Below are positions 1 to 8,816 of a stretch of DNA of 37,657 nucleotides, piece by piece; position 1 is the stretch's first letter; every line of letters begins with the position of its first letter. The stretch comes from a virus (Duplodnaviria; Caudoviricetes), in the IMG/VR virus record IMGVR_UViG_3300005077_001151, positions 1 through 37,657 of that record; one strand, written 5' to 3'. Made by a program: the position numbers and the translations under genes. The notes under the pieces are model-generated. The model was not told where the DNA came from. It did no database searches and worked only from the letters and a program-made list of their open reading frames with translations.

Positions 1-1
1 A

Positions 2-112
2 AAGATTGCCAACTGTCGACACAACATATTTCTTATTTATCAATGTGTTCCGATGAAAGATACACTTCCAGCCTAAGCAATAATGGCCAGGCCATCCTCG
101 TTCTTCTCTCAT
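2..112 (-). CDS. Partial hypothetical phage protein (runs off window start; possible frameshift)
   Basis: ATG at 112 overlaps the upstream stop (ATGA). Reads MREERGWPGHYCLGWKCIFHRNTL; an adjacent frame continues DNKKYVLSTVGNL. Confidence 0.4.
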   Translation of the reverse strand, partial: MREERGWPGHYCLGWKCIFHRNTLINKKYVVSTVGNL

Positions 113-519
113 TCTTTGGCCTCCTCATTAAGTTTAGCAGCTAGTTCGTTTGCCTCATCCCATGTGCAACGGTCTAAGGTCTTTTGCATCCACATTAGGC
201 CAGTGCTGGTATCTGTGACCGTGCCATCACCATTATCAATAAAATGTTTCTTTATCACATTCCAACAATCCTGTCCGCCTCGCACTGCGCGAACGAAGTA
301 GTCGTCGCACTTATTGCCGTAGGAGATGTAGCCGTGGCTGAAATTCACGATCCACGCGCCGTAGTTCGGATAGCCGGCAATGGTAGTAGACGACCAATAT
401 GCGGACGTCTTCGTGCCAGGGAAAAAGTCAGTATCAATGGCAGGATTGTACCTTGCTAAATCCATGATGGACTCTAATTCCTGTCGTGTCGGCAACCGCC
501 AGTCTGTATATTTTTTCAT
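109..519 (-). CDS. DUF1566 / Lcl C-terminal (C-type lectin-like) domain protein, circularly permuted
   Basis: Motifs DWRLPTRQEL, YWSST, AWIVNF, VRAVR and FIDNGDGTVTDTSTGLMW...TWDEA; RBS AAGGAGG upstream. Confidence 0.85.
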   Translation of the reverse strand: MKKYTDWRLPTRQELESIMDLARYNPAIDTDFFPGTKTSAYWSSTTIAGYPNYGAWIVNFSHGYISYGNKCDDYFVRAVRGGQDCWNVIKKHFIDNGDGTVTDTSTGLMWMQKTLDRCTWDEANELAAKLNEEAKE

Positions 520-534
520 GCTTTGCCCTCCTTA

Positions 535-924
535 TTACAAAAAAGCTTTTTTTCGCCAGGAATAAATTGCACGCATACTTAATCCAAGCTCCATGGATAT
601 TTGCTTTTCAGGTTTGCCGCTCTTTATAAAAGCAACAATTTTGTTGTTAACTTCTTCTTCACTCTTAACGCCGAGCTTCTCCATGAAAGCTCTTGCGCGC
701 AACGCTGTTCGTCCGCCCTTTGACCTCACCTTTGTTCCTTTTGGCATCCAGCTTGTTATTGAACTTGGACTGACGCACAGCAGCTTCCCAAGCTCTTTTG
801 AAGAGTAATATCGCTCGCTGTAATAATGGCGCAGGAATTCTTCAAACGTTTTATCTGGATCGAGCATCTGAGCTGTTCTGATAGCATCCCTTTTTTGTAT
901 TTTTATTCCAATCCCCTTCGGCAT
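535..924 (-). CDS. Putative DNA-binding protein with two HTH-like segments
   Basis: SSKELGKLLCVSPSSITSW and EKQISMELGLSMRAIYSW match HTH patterns. Confidence 0.6.
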   Translation of the reverse strand: MPKGIGIKIQKRDAIRTAQMLDPDKTFEEFLRHYYSERYYSSKELGKLLCVSPSSITSWMPKGTKVRSKGGRTALRARAFMEKLGVKSEEEVNNKIVAFIKSGKPEKQISMELGLSMRAIYSWRKKAFL

Positions 925-942
925 ATCAGCTTCTCCAATTAA

Positions 943-1173
943 TTAAGAATTAAGTTTAGCATAAAAAATACTGTCTCTGTTGTTTCGCTCCTTGCGCAGC
1001 AGCGCTCCAATATGACCAGAGTACAGCAGATTGTAGCAGTCGCAGCAGATATACTCCGCGCCGCCACCGCTACCGCATAGTATTCGCCCACAGCATATGC
1101 AAGAACGAATAGCAGCTGTTGCCATGCCTGTTGGATCTTTTGCTTCCAGTATATCCAATCTGTAATATTTCAT
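943..1173 (-). CDS. Small Cys-rich (putative zinc-binding) protein
   Basis: CICC...CCDC pairs; RBS GAGGAGG. Confidence 0.6.
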   Translation of the reverse strand: MKYYRLDILEAKDPTGMATAAIRSCICCGRILCGSGGGAEYICCDCYNLLYSGHIGALLRKERNNRDSIFYAKLNS

Positions 1174-1201
1174 TTTTGCCTCCTCACTGCTGGTCTTCTA
1201 A

Positions 1202-1891
1202 CTACAAATACAAAGTCCGCGGCTTCTGTCCTGACTGGTTTATATTTGGCACACGCAGACCATCAGCCTGCGGCTCGCAATAATAAATGGTATTCTCATC
1301 GCTCGGCCAAAACAGATTAAGCGCATGATTTGTGATATGCACAATACCAAAGCACATATCCCAGTATGGAGACAACCACTTCTCGCCGAGCAGAGCTTGA
1401 GAGAAGTCCTGGCACATAAAGCTTCTTGTATTAACAAGGTTTGCGCTGTAGGCTCTATATGTCCACAACTCTATCGGAGTTGCTTTTAACCACATCAAGA
1501 AAACGCCTTTTGGTATTCTCCACATTGGATAGGTAGATCCCGAATAACCTGACATTTCCCAGTCACGGTGCAGTGTTTTTGTAACACCGATCGTGGATGC
1601 GGTTGCACCACGATCCAACGTCATGCCAAATTGACTCGCCCACTGAGCGCGCAGACCTTCAACACTAAACAGCTTTGCTCGCCCAGAGTCAATCATTTGT
1701 TCCATCTGTGGAAGACCAACAAACCTATCCGCACTGGCATAATGCTGAGACAGATACAAATTTGCTTCAACTGCTTCAAGCTTTGCCTTCAGACTTAAAT
1801 TTTCACTGGTAAGCTGCGAGCCTTTAGCTGTTAAATTTTTTATCTCATTAATACAAGTGAAGGACTTCTTCATGCAATCATAAAACGACAT
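1202..1891 (-). CDS. Hypothetical protein with C-terminal papain/transglutaminase-like motifs
   Basis: CQDFS...HALN...EPQ pattern; N-terminal coiled coil; RBS GGAGG. Confidence 0.55.
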   Translation of the reverse strand: MSFYDCMKKSFTCINEIKNLTAKGSQLTSENLSLKAKLEAVEANLYLSQHYASADRFVGLPQMEQMIDSGRAKLFSVEGLRAQWASQFGMTLDRGATASTIGVTKTLHRDWEMSGYSGSTYPMWRIPKGVFLMWLKATPIELWTYRAYSANLVNTRSFMCQDFSQALLGEKWLSPYWDMCFGIVHITNHALNLFWPSDENTIYYCEPQADGLRVPNINQSGQKPRTLYL

Positions 1892-1900
1892 ATGGCCTCC

Positions 1901-1956
1901 GAAACAAAAACCGTTGATAGAAAATAAGCACTATGCTGCATCCACTATCAACGGTT
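1901..1956 (-). terminator. Putative intrinsic terminator / intergenic hairpin
   Basis: Perfect 12-bp inverted repeat AACCGTTGATAG (1909-1920 / 1945-1956) followed on the minus strand by a T-rich run. Confidence 0.45.
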
Positions 1957-1993
1957 GTATTTACCAATGCTGACTTACCTTCTGCAGCCGCAG

Positions 1994-2392
1994 TTACTGT
2001 AGAATGATCCTCAAGTTAATTGGCACCGAAAATGTGCTTGTAAAGTCGCAATCTGCACAAACCTCATTTGAATAGTCTGACTCCACCAGCGACACCTTAT
2101 TGAAAGCTGTTGCCACAAAGCATAAATTTTTAATCGTCCCTGCCCATGACGGATTTGTTATAGTAACCTGCTTTGTGTACTCTGTCTGCGGAGACACAAA
2201 CGGTACATCTACCAGCGGAGCATATGGCCCACCAGCAGCAATGCCCATGTAGATCTTCCACCCGCCGAAATCTGGCTTAGCAACATCAGCAGCAGCCTGC
2301 TCCCATGCCAGATCCTTTACACACTGCGCAGCGCAAGACGCAACGACGACATGAAACAGCAAAATTATAAACAATACTAAAAACTTCTTCAT
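1994..2392 (-). CDS. Secreted/lipoprotein with fibronectin type III-like domain
   Basis: Signal peptide MKKFLVLFIILLF..., then GWKIYMG..GGPY and FVATAFN...ESDYSNEV, typical of FN3-like domains. Confidence 0.6.
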   Translation of the reverse strand: MKKFLVLFIILLFHVVVASCAAQCVKDLAWEQAAADVAKPDFGGWKIYMGIAAGGPYAPLVDVPFVSPQTEYTKQVTITNPSWAGTIKNLCFVATAFNKVSLVESDYSNEVCADCDFTSTFSVPINLRIILQ

Positions 2393-2595
2393 TTCTTTTT
2401 CTCCTCTGATTCACCATTTAATTCTCGAAACTGATCATCCATAGACTGCATCTTAATTCTGATATGGTTAGCCTCCTTTTCTAAACGATTAACTTGTATC
2501 GTTAAATCATATATGTTAACAGCAGCATCAATAAAAGCTATTAGCAGAAGCACCATCGCAATGAAGTAAAGTATTTTGATTCTTTTTTCATTCAT
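2389..2595 (-). CDS. Small membrane protein with coiled coil
   Basis: One hydrophobic helix then a coiled coil; RBS AGGAGG; ATGA overlap with the next gene. Confidence 0.65.
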   Translation of the reverse strand: MNEKRIKILYFIAMVLLLIAFIDAAVNIYDLTIQVNRLEKEANHIRIKMQSMDDQFRELNGESEEKKK

Positions 2596-2607
2596 CGCAA
2601 CCTCCTT

Positions 2608-2730
2608 TTACCAAAGCAAGGCGAGATAATAACCAACTACATACAGAGCAGCAGATATGACTACTGCCAAAAAAAGTCCTTGAAAAAAACGAAGACTTAC
2701 TGCATATGAGACATGATTATTTTTCTTCAT
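2608..2730 (-). CDS. Small membrane peptide (40 aa; below ORF-track cutoff)
   Basis: MKKNNHVSYAVSLRFFQGLFLAVVISAALYVVGYYLALLW fills the gap between neighbouring genes. Confidence 0.45.
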   Translation of the reverse strand: MKKNNHVSYAVSLRFFQGLFLAVVISAALYVVGYYLALLW

Positions 2731-3046
2731 TGATCCTGACAAAATAAACCACCTCGATCCCATTTATCATTACAAATCGTGGTGGATCAATAGACTTATC
2801 CCAATACGCCACTTGGCAACCTGTTGGTACAGCAGCCTCAGCAACAACACCAAACTGATCTTCCTCAATAACCTTATTCGCAATAAGCTCCAGAGCCTCT
2901 CGCTCACTAAGTAATACAATCTCCTGAGCGCACACAGCACACAAAAGCATACGACCTTGGAGTGTTTCATACTGTATCTCTGGTGGATCAACTTCGACGC
3001 AATTGCGACAGAACTTAACTCTCTTCAAGCTTGCTTCATTTTCCAT
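2717..3046 (-). CDS. Hypothetical protein with two CxxC motifs
   Basis: CRNC and CAVC; RBS AGGAG. Confidence 0.6.
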   Translation of the reverse strand: MENEASLKRVKFCRNCVEVDPPEIQYETLQGRMLLCAVCAQEIVLLSEREALELIANKVIEEDQFGVVAEAAVPTGCQVAYWDKSIDPPRFVMINGIEVVYFVRINEEK

Positions 3047-3329
3047 GCGCCATCTTCTCCTTTCCTATCAGAGGACCGTCTTGTTTCAGCTTCTGATCAT
3101 ATTTGCCATAATTAAAAAACTTTATGATCACAAACAGAGCAGCTTTAACTCCATCAATTGTTCCTAATATCGCTGAATCAATCCGTCGTTTTCTATTCCA
3201 CAACACAACAGTTTCAGTCAACTGGATGATTATTGAAAGAGTTATCATTTGTATGCCAGCAGAACTATCTCTGCAAGTAACAAATATTGCTGATCCGCAT
3301 ACGGCAAGAATACAATTAAACAACGCCAT
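3036..3329 (-). CDS. Hypothetical membrane protein
   Basis: Start reassigned to MALFNC... (RBS AGGAGGAG); several hydrophobic segments. Confidence 0.55.
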   Translation of the reverse strand: MALFNCILAVCGSAIFVTCRDSSAGIQMITLSIIIQLTETVVLWNRKRRIDSAILGTIDGVKAALFVIIKFFNYGKYDQKLKQDGPLIGKEKMAHGK

Positions 3330-3609
3330 TGGCTCCTCCTGTCTGATCGTTATCTGCGAGAATATCCACCAGTTTCCGTCCTTCTTGCCCCAACTGTGCC
3401 AATGCCTTTTTATAGTCCAAATCGGCATCGCACACCGCGCACCTGAAAACATTCTGCATTACAAAATCTCGCTTACCAGAAGGCGATTGCACAGCAGGGA
3501 CAATCCGAAATACAACTCTACTAACAAACTCCTTGCTGGCACCACAACTCGGGCATATAACTATTTGCAGCTTATTCAAATCCAAATTAACTCGCACGCC
3601 GCCATTCAT
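3316..3609 (-). CDS. Zinc-ribbon protein
   Basis: CPSC...SPSG...FRCAVC; RBS GAGGAGGA. Confidence 0.65.
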   Translation of the reverse strand: MNGGVRVNLDLNKLQIVICPSCGASKEFVSRVVFRIVPAVQSPSGKRDFVMQNVFRCAVCDADLDYKKALAQLGQEGRKLVDILADNDQTGGANGVV

Positions 3610-3624
3610 AAAATCCTCCTCCTG

Positions 3625-3819
3625 CTAATCGTCCTCTTCAATTTCATCGCCGAAAGTCTGACGATATTTTATTTCCGACTCAATGATTTTAACAGCTTTT
3701 GCGTGCTGCTTACAAAACCAATCCTGCTCTAGCAACCACCGCAAATACCCTGTAGGCACATCTTCAATGCCTTGTCCGCAATACTTTCCAAACTTCAACT
3801 CAAAGACAGACTCTGCCAT
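3625..3819 (-). CDS. DUF3820 / exonuclease X C-terminal-like small protein
   Basis: FGKYCGQGIEDVPTGYLRWL matches the FGKYxGxxIxDVPxxYLxW pattern. Confidence 0.75.
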   Translation of the reverse strand: MAESVFELKFGKYCGQGIEDVPTGYLRWLLEQDWFCKQHAKAVKIIESEIKYRQTFGDEIEEDD

Positions 3820-3834
3820 ACCAGCTCCAGCGCT

Positions 3835-4203
3835 TCAATTGTCATTATTTAACTTATTGGAGTCTAACCTCTTAACAATAACGGCCCCTTGCTCTTCTTC
3901 TACTCGCAGCATATTTTCCTGTTCATTAATAAAACGTTTTGTTTCTTCGATCTCCTCTGTAACAAAATTAATCACAGTGTCCTTGTCTATATCAACCCAT
4001 ATCTTACGATTATTGGCATTAATCAAATACTGCTCCAAGCATTCAATTCTCTTCAACTGCCCAGCAATGGTTTTTGCAAAAGTACAAAACCCGTCAATGA
4101 AATCAATTTCATCTTTCGTAGAATAAACGCTCTTTAAATCAGCAGCTGTCTCACGCTTAAGTCGTTCCACATCAACAGGAGATAAATCATTACTTGCCAC
4201 CAT
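3835..4203 (-). CDS. Hypothetical protein
   Basis: Intact ORF in the operon; start MVASND with AAAGGGAG RBS. Confidence 0.6.
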   Translation of the reverse strand: MVASNDLSPVDVERLKRETAADLKSVYSTKDEIDFIDGFCTFAKTIAGQLKRIECLEQYLINANNRKIWVDIDKDTVINFVTEEIEETKRFINEQENMLRVEEEQGAVIVKRLDSNKLNNDN

Positions 4204-4474
4204 TAGCGGCTCCCTTTCTGCGCACAGCAATATTTACTCTTCCCTCAGCATTTATACGTTTAATCCAATTCATCACGGTCTGTTTGCTTATGCTCAAGTG
4301 CCTTGCTATTTGACTATATGACATACCTTTTTTTTCATAACAATGCTTTATATACTCACAGCCCTTTCTGTCAAATCCTTCTGTGTGCGCCCTTACCCGC
4401 AAAAACAAATAGCTCTCGGCACTGCCTGCAAACCCTTCAATCAAATAGCTACCAGCAGGCTTCTTCACTTCCAT
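4190..4474 (-). CDS. HTH DNA-binding protein
   Basis: GMSYSQIARHLSISKQTVMNWIKR. Confidence 0.7.
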   Translation of the reverse strand: MEVKKPAGSYLIEGFAGSAESYLFLRVRAHTEGFDRKGCEYIKHCYEKKGMSYSQIARHLSISKQTVMNWIKRINAEGRVNIAVRRKGAANGGK

Positions 4475-5115
4475 AAACCTTCCTCCACCATAGAATAGCT
4501 GCCCTGCGTCTTGCTTACAAGAAATGTTTTATCTGCTGATTGATTAATATCCTCTGCGTGACTCACCATAATAATCTGCAAATTAAGTCTCTTGGAAATC
4601 AGTTTTACCATCTCGGAAACATTGCCTTGCAAATCAGGGCTTACATTCCTAAACGGTTCATCAAGAATAAACACACTCTCATTCTTCCGCAACGTCCATA
4701 GAGAAATCCTCAGCGCAAATGATACCACGTCCAAAACACCGCCGCCGCTGCTATCAATAGGGCGTAGGTCTTCTGTGCCAGTTCTAAATAACAAGTCGCA
4801 CTCTGTCTGTCCTCGCCTGCTCTCAAAACGCACAACAAACTCAGGCGGATTTTCAAAAACAGATTGCATTGCCATCGTTACAATATTCCCAATGTGAACC
4901 TCTAGTCCTTTTTGAGTTGCTTTGGCAACCTCTTGGATAAATGTCCTTGCCATTGTAGCTCTGTCGCGCTGTACTGTATGCTGGGCAATGGCTTTTTCTG
5001 CTTCATCTATGTTTCGCTCAATAGCATTGCGTGCACCTGTTGCCTGCTGAACAACTCGAAGCATCTCACGATAAACGGCTTTTGCCTCAGCAAGTCTATC
5101 ACAACCACTTGGCAT
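4465..5115 (-). CDS. Rad50/SbcC-like ATPase, C-terminal half
   Basis: Coiled coil, signature SSGGG, Walker B ILDEPF, H-loop MVSH; no Walker A. Confidence 0.85.
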   Translation of the reverse strand: MPSGCDRLAEAKAVYREMLRVVQQATGARNAIERNIDEAEKAIAQHTVQRDRATMARTFIQEVAKATQKGLEVHIGNIVTMAMQSVFENPPEFVVRFESRRGQTECDLLFRTGTEDLRPIDSSGGGVLDVVSFALRISLWTLRKNESVFILDEPFRNVSPDLQGNVSEMVKLISKRLNLQIIMVSHAEDINQSADKTFLVSKTQGSYSMVEEGLWK

Positions 5116-5428
5116 AATTACCGTCCTTTTCTATGGCAGCAACACTATCATCAAATAGTTGCAACAGCCTATCCCGTTTAGCCACCAGCTCAGAGATTTT
5201 CTTAACAGCCTCCTTCAGCGATGGTGAGCCAATCAATTCAACAAGCTCCCGCTTTGCATCATCAAGTAAAGCGCTCGCACGTTCGCGCTTTCTCTTTGCC
5301 TGCTCAGCAGCTTCCTGTAACTGCTCATAACGTCTCTGCAGTTTGAGCGCCTCTGCTCTCACCTGTGCTTCTGTCATAGGCTGTATGTCCGGCAACTTCT
5401 GTAATGGTCTCCTACTGATGGGCGGCAT
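5099..5428 (-). CDS. Coiled-coil protein in the Mre11/Rad50 cluster
   Basis: Heptad-rich helical sequence; overlaps both neighbours. Confidence 0.65.
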   Translation of the reverse strand: MPPISRRPLQKLPDIQPMTEAQVRAEALKLQRRYEQLQEAAEQAKRKRERASALLDDAKRELVELIGSPSLKEAVKKISELVAKRDRLLQLFDDSVAAIEKDGNYAKWL

Positions 5429-6377
5429 CGTCAACAATTCTCCTTATCAGCAATTTCGTTTCTGCATCAAGTGTTGATGTCTTCAAAGCTTCAGAAATAT
5501 TACTCCCAAAATTATAGTTTGCGTGCTCGCCTCCAGACTCAACCACAGACCGAATAAAAGCTTCAAGTTTTTCATCAAGCTGGTTCTTGCGCTCCGTCTC
5601 CTCAATTCTATCTGCATCGAAAACTTCGTTTGCTGACTCAACAGGAATTGGTTCTTCCTTAATATCAACGGAAACCCACCCATTTTTGGTCACGGCAAAC
5701 TCTACTATGTGAACTGCTGGAGTATACCCTATCTGGTCGACGCTGCTCCTCATCAATGATCCACAATTAACAAGGTAGCTACCATCACCACGATACACAA
5801 AGCGCTTATGATTATCTCCACAAACAACAATTTTAGCTTTGCTGACCAAGTTTTTTGCCAGCGAATAGTCCTGCTCCTTCGCCCAACTTGGGAGCTTCTT
5901 TTTGTCATCAAAAACCATCTCATGAGTTGCATACAAACAGGGCTCACTGTCCCTAGCAATTTCAAACTCATCTGCACCAAAACTACGACCGTACAAATAC
6001 ACGCCACCAAATTGGCTCTCTGCATCACTCAGCAGTTGAAATCCGCAAGACACAGCAAGTAAATTCAACGGAGTGTTTTCGCAACTTTCCTGTGTAAATT
6101 GATGATATCGCTGGTCATGCTGCCCATACACATAGAAAACCTTAACCGCGCTGTGCTCTAAAAACAAGACCACGCACCGCGACATCGCCCAGAATGGCAT
6201 TCTAACAGAGTCAAAAATATCACCTGCTATAACAAGCGCTGCGCCTTGGTCCTCGCATAAGCCAAGAACCCACTCCAGCTTTCTCATCTGTGCTCCGAAA
6301 TAATTTTGGTCAAGCCTGGCAGCAGGTCGCTTATCAGTAAGATGCCAATCAGCTGTAACCACAAATCGCGTGGTCAT
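5412..6377 (-). CDS. Mre11/SbcD-like metallophosphoesterase nuclease
   Basis: ADWH, AGDIFD, GQHD, THE, GDNH, NCGS motifs; start MTTRF in an ATGA overlap. Confidence 0.9.
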   Translation of the reverse strand: MTTRFVVTADWHLTDKRPAARLDQNYFGAQMRKLEWVLGLCEDQGAALVIAGDIFDSVRMPFWAMSRCVVLFLEHSAVKVFYVYGQHDQRYHQFTQESCENTPLNLLAVSCGFQLLSDAESQFGGVYLYGRSFGADEFEIARDSEPCLYATHEMVFDDKKKLPSWAKEQDYSLAKNLVSKAKIVVCGDNHKRFVYRGDGSYLVNCGSLMRSSVDQIGYTPAVHIVEFAVTKNGWVSVDIKEEPIPVESANEVFDADRIEETERKNQLDEKLEAFIRSVVESGGEHANYNFGSNISEALKTSTLDAETKLLIRRIVDDAAHQ

Positions 6378-7324
6378 TCTTTGTCCTCTTGCACGACAGA
6401 TCCGCAGAGCGGACATTTGCCATAAGAACCAATAAGCTTATGAATGCGCTGTTTATTAGAATCAATTTCAACGGCTAAATCATTACACTCTTTCTCACTT
6501 GCAGCAAAATTCGTTTCGTGTAAATGAATGCGATTGACTAAACCTTCTATGTATTCTATCTCGACCGTCACTTCCTTTATTCTGCTGGATAAAGCACCGA
6601 TGCTGCCCAGCTTATCGAGCAGTTCGTCTAACTCTAAAAACCCAGCAGCTACTTTCTGAAGTTCACTAAGTCGGTCTCCAGCCTTTTCGATCTGCTCAAT
6701 ATTAGACGATATGCTTCCGGCTTCATCGACAATTTCCGCAAGAGCTGCAACTTCATCAGCAACACTATCAAGTCCGAGATAAATTGCTATCTGCTCTTCG
6801 TAATTGGCTAACTGATTTTTCAATACTGATAAAGCATTTGTTTCTTTCAGCACCTCTGCATTCGCAAGCTTAATGCTAAAATCAATGATACCTAGTCCAG
6901 CCAAATCGTTAAAGCGCCGCGCAACCTCGCCAGCGCTTTCTTGCAAGAGAAAATAACCATCGTGCTGACTTTGAAGATTTATTTCCGACAGGTTCAGCAC
7001 AGAAGAAACTTCCAATGGCACGTCGTTCCGAACGGCAGTCAGTTTATTTCCTCCAACCACATAGCCATTCTCCGATGGGTCACGAAACCTTGTCACCGTA
7101 CATCTTGAATCATCAACTGTAACAGCAACAGCTTCTTTTGGTTTGGAGAAAACAGATTTAAAAGCTCCTCCCTGCGGCTTATTCAGCAACAGCCAACGCA
7201 GCGCCCTTACAATTGAGGACTTGCCGGAGTTGCTTTGTCCCTTGATAACATTGACTCCCTCTGATAGTTTCAGGGAAGACTTTCTGTGGGACTGGAAGTT
7301 TTTTAAATCAATAGACTTTATCAC
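6374..7324 (-). CDS. Rad50/SbcC-like ATPase, N-terminal half ending in a zinc hook
   Basis: LKNFQSH, Walker A GQSNSGKS, Q-loop, coiled coil, terminal CPLC. Confidence 0.9.
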   Translation of the reverse strand: MIKSIDLKNFQSHRKSSLKLSEGVNVIKGQSNSGKSSIVRALRWLLLNKPQGGAFKSVFSKPKEAVAVTVDDSRCTVTRFRDPSENGYVVGGNKLTAVRNDVPLEVSSVLNLSEINLQSQHDGYFLLQESAGEVARRFNDLAGLGIIDFSIKLANAEVLKETNALSVLKNQLANYEEQIAIYLGLDSVADEVAALAEIVDEAGSISSNIEQIEKAGDRLSELQKVAAGFLELDELLDKLGSIGALSSRIKEVTVEIEYIEGLVNRIHLHETNFAASEKECNDLAVEIDSNKQRIHKLIGSYGKCPLCGSVVQEDKE

Positions 7325-7385
7325 AAGATCGCAACTACCTTGCTACAGCGTTTCGCTGACATTGGCTATGTTCTTGCTCCCAAAA

Positions 7386-7868
7386 CTATTTAACGCCATC
7401 ATATTGCATCGCGTATCGTGCTATGTGCAAAGCGTCAGCAAGTCCGTCCTTTGACTTTTTCCAATCAAACTTTGGGTACAATCGACGTGCCATATTTAAG
7501 CTGCGCTCCTTTGTTTCACCAGTACCACTATCAAGCATTGCGCTCTGCCATTTTTTAGGCGTGACCATGACAAACGGAATATCAAGAGCAGCAACAACTC
7601 CAATAAGAGAGCCATAATTAAGCCCAAATTTAAAGCTGCTTGCTCGTCCCCATACAGGAGTGGCATGAACCTGCTCTATAGCACAAAGCAGAACATCATC
7701 GCACATTGATACAAGCTTTTTTATTTCTAGCGCTGCTGAAGACGCATCACCCGGAAATCCAACCATAACAGGCTCACTAACCTGTTCTCCACGCACAATC
7801 AGCAGGACTATACCGCCAGCCTTACCTGGATCTATCCCTATATAACCTCTGCGCAAATCCTTTAGCAT
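7386..7868 (-). CDS. RuvC-like Holliday junction resolvase
   Basis: IGIDPG, IEQVH, PKKWQ, DGLADAL. Confidence 0.85.
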   Translation of the reverse strand: MLKDLRRGYIGIDPGKAGGIVLLIVRGEQVSEPVMVGFPGDASSAALEIKKLVSMCDDVLLCAIEQVHATPVWGRASSFKFGLNYGSLIGVVAALDIPFVMVTPKKWQSAMLDSGTGETKERSLNMARRLYPKFDWKKSKDGLADALHIARYAMQYDGVK

Positions 7869-8803
7869 AAGCGCAAAACCTCCTTCCATTTCTTATAGTC
7901 GCGGGTGAATGACACAAAATCAAACCTGTTGCACATTCTTAAAAACGCGTTCTCGCTTGCAGAAAACGCGCCCATATCGACATTTAAGTCAGGCATTTCC
8001 TGATGAGGAAGAAACACTAAAGGCAATATTGTATCCATTGCCCAAACAATATTGTCACTTATGTTTTGGAATGCTTTTGTTGTAGCGCTCAAGTCTCCTC
8101 GCAGATACTTCACCGCAGTCTTTATGCCTATACCCTCGATGCCTCTGATGTTGTCGCCTGCGCAGCCAGCCAACGTTTTTACCTGTGCCCACTGTCTACA
8201 TGTCGGCAAGCCATACTTTGCTTCAAACCAATTGCGGTCCAATAATTGTTTCTTCACCGGAGAGTACATCTTGCAGTGATCAAGCAACTGATATAAATCA
8301 TTATCGCTGGAAACAATAATATGATCACACTCTCTTACCTGCAAAACAATCCAAGCAAGAATGTCATCCGCCTCCATCCCTTCGACAATGAAATTGTTCT
8401 TAAAACCAAGGGCTGGAATAAGTTCTTCTCTGAGAAGATCAAACTGTTCGTAAGCAATTTTATTATATTCGAGCTCTGCTTTTTTCATCTCGCGGGCAAA
8501 GCTCGACCGCTGACTAGTTATTCCACCATCAATGCCTCCCTCACGAGAGCCTTCGTCAGACGTGCATAAATAAATCTTTCTGTTGTCTTTGTACTCAGGA
8601 TAAGTCGCCTTGCGTAACTTTGAAAAACTGTCCCAAGCAAACACAAGCACCTCTGGTTTAAAAAGCAACAGATACTTTCGCAGCTCGCAAAAAAAACCAA
8701 ATATAACTCCTGTCATCTGCTCCTCACAGGACAGGTCCTTGTGAACAAACTTGGCAACACTACAGAGATAATTGCAATCCAAAAGCAAAACAGTTCTTTT
8801 CAT
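7862..8803 (-). CDS. 5'-3' exonuclease / flap endonuclease (T4 RNase H / PolI N-terminal-like)
   Basis: LLD, R...YPEYK, EADD, SSDNDLYQL, GDNIRGIEGIGIKTA. Confidence 0.9.
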   Translation of the reverse strand: MKRTVLLLDCNYLCSVAKFVHKDLSCEEQMTGVIFGFFCELRKYLLLFKPEVLVFAWDSFSKLRKATYPEYKDNRKIYLCTSDEGSREGGIDGGITSQRSSFAREMKKAELEYNKIAYEQFDLLREELIPALGFKNNFIVEGMEADDILAWIVLQVRECDHIIVSSDNDLYQLLDHCKMYSPVKKQLLDRNWFEAKYGLPTCRQWAQVKTLAGCAGDNIRGIEGIGIKTAVKYLRGDLSATTKAFQNISDNIVWAMDTILPLVFLPHQEMPDLNVDMGAFSASENAFLRMCNRFDFVSFTRDYKKWKEVLRLC

Positions 8804-8816
8804 ACAGCTCCAATCC

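Noticed and set aside
109-519. Complete DGR in this window
   Set aside because: No reverse transcriptase ORF and no AAC-rich template repeat found by eye; only a target-like gene.
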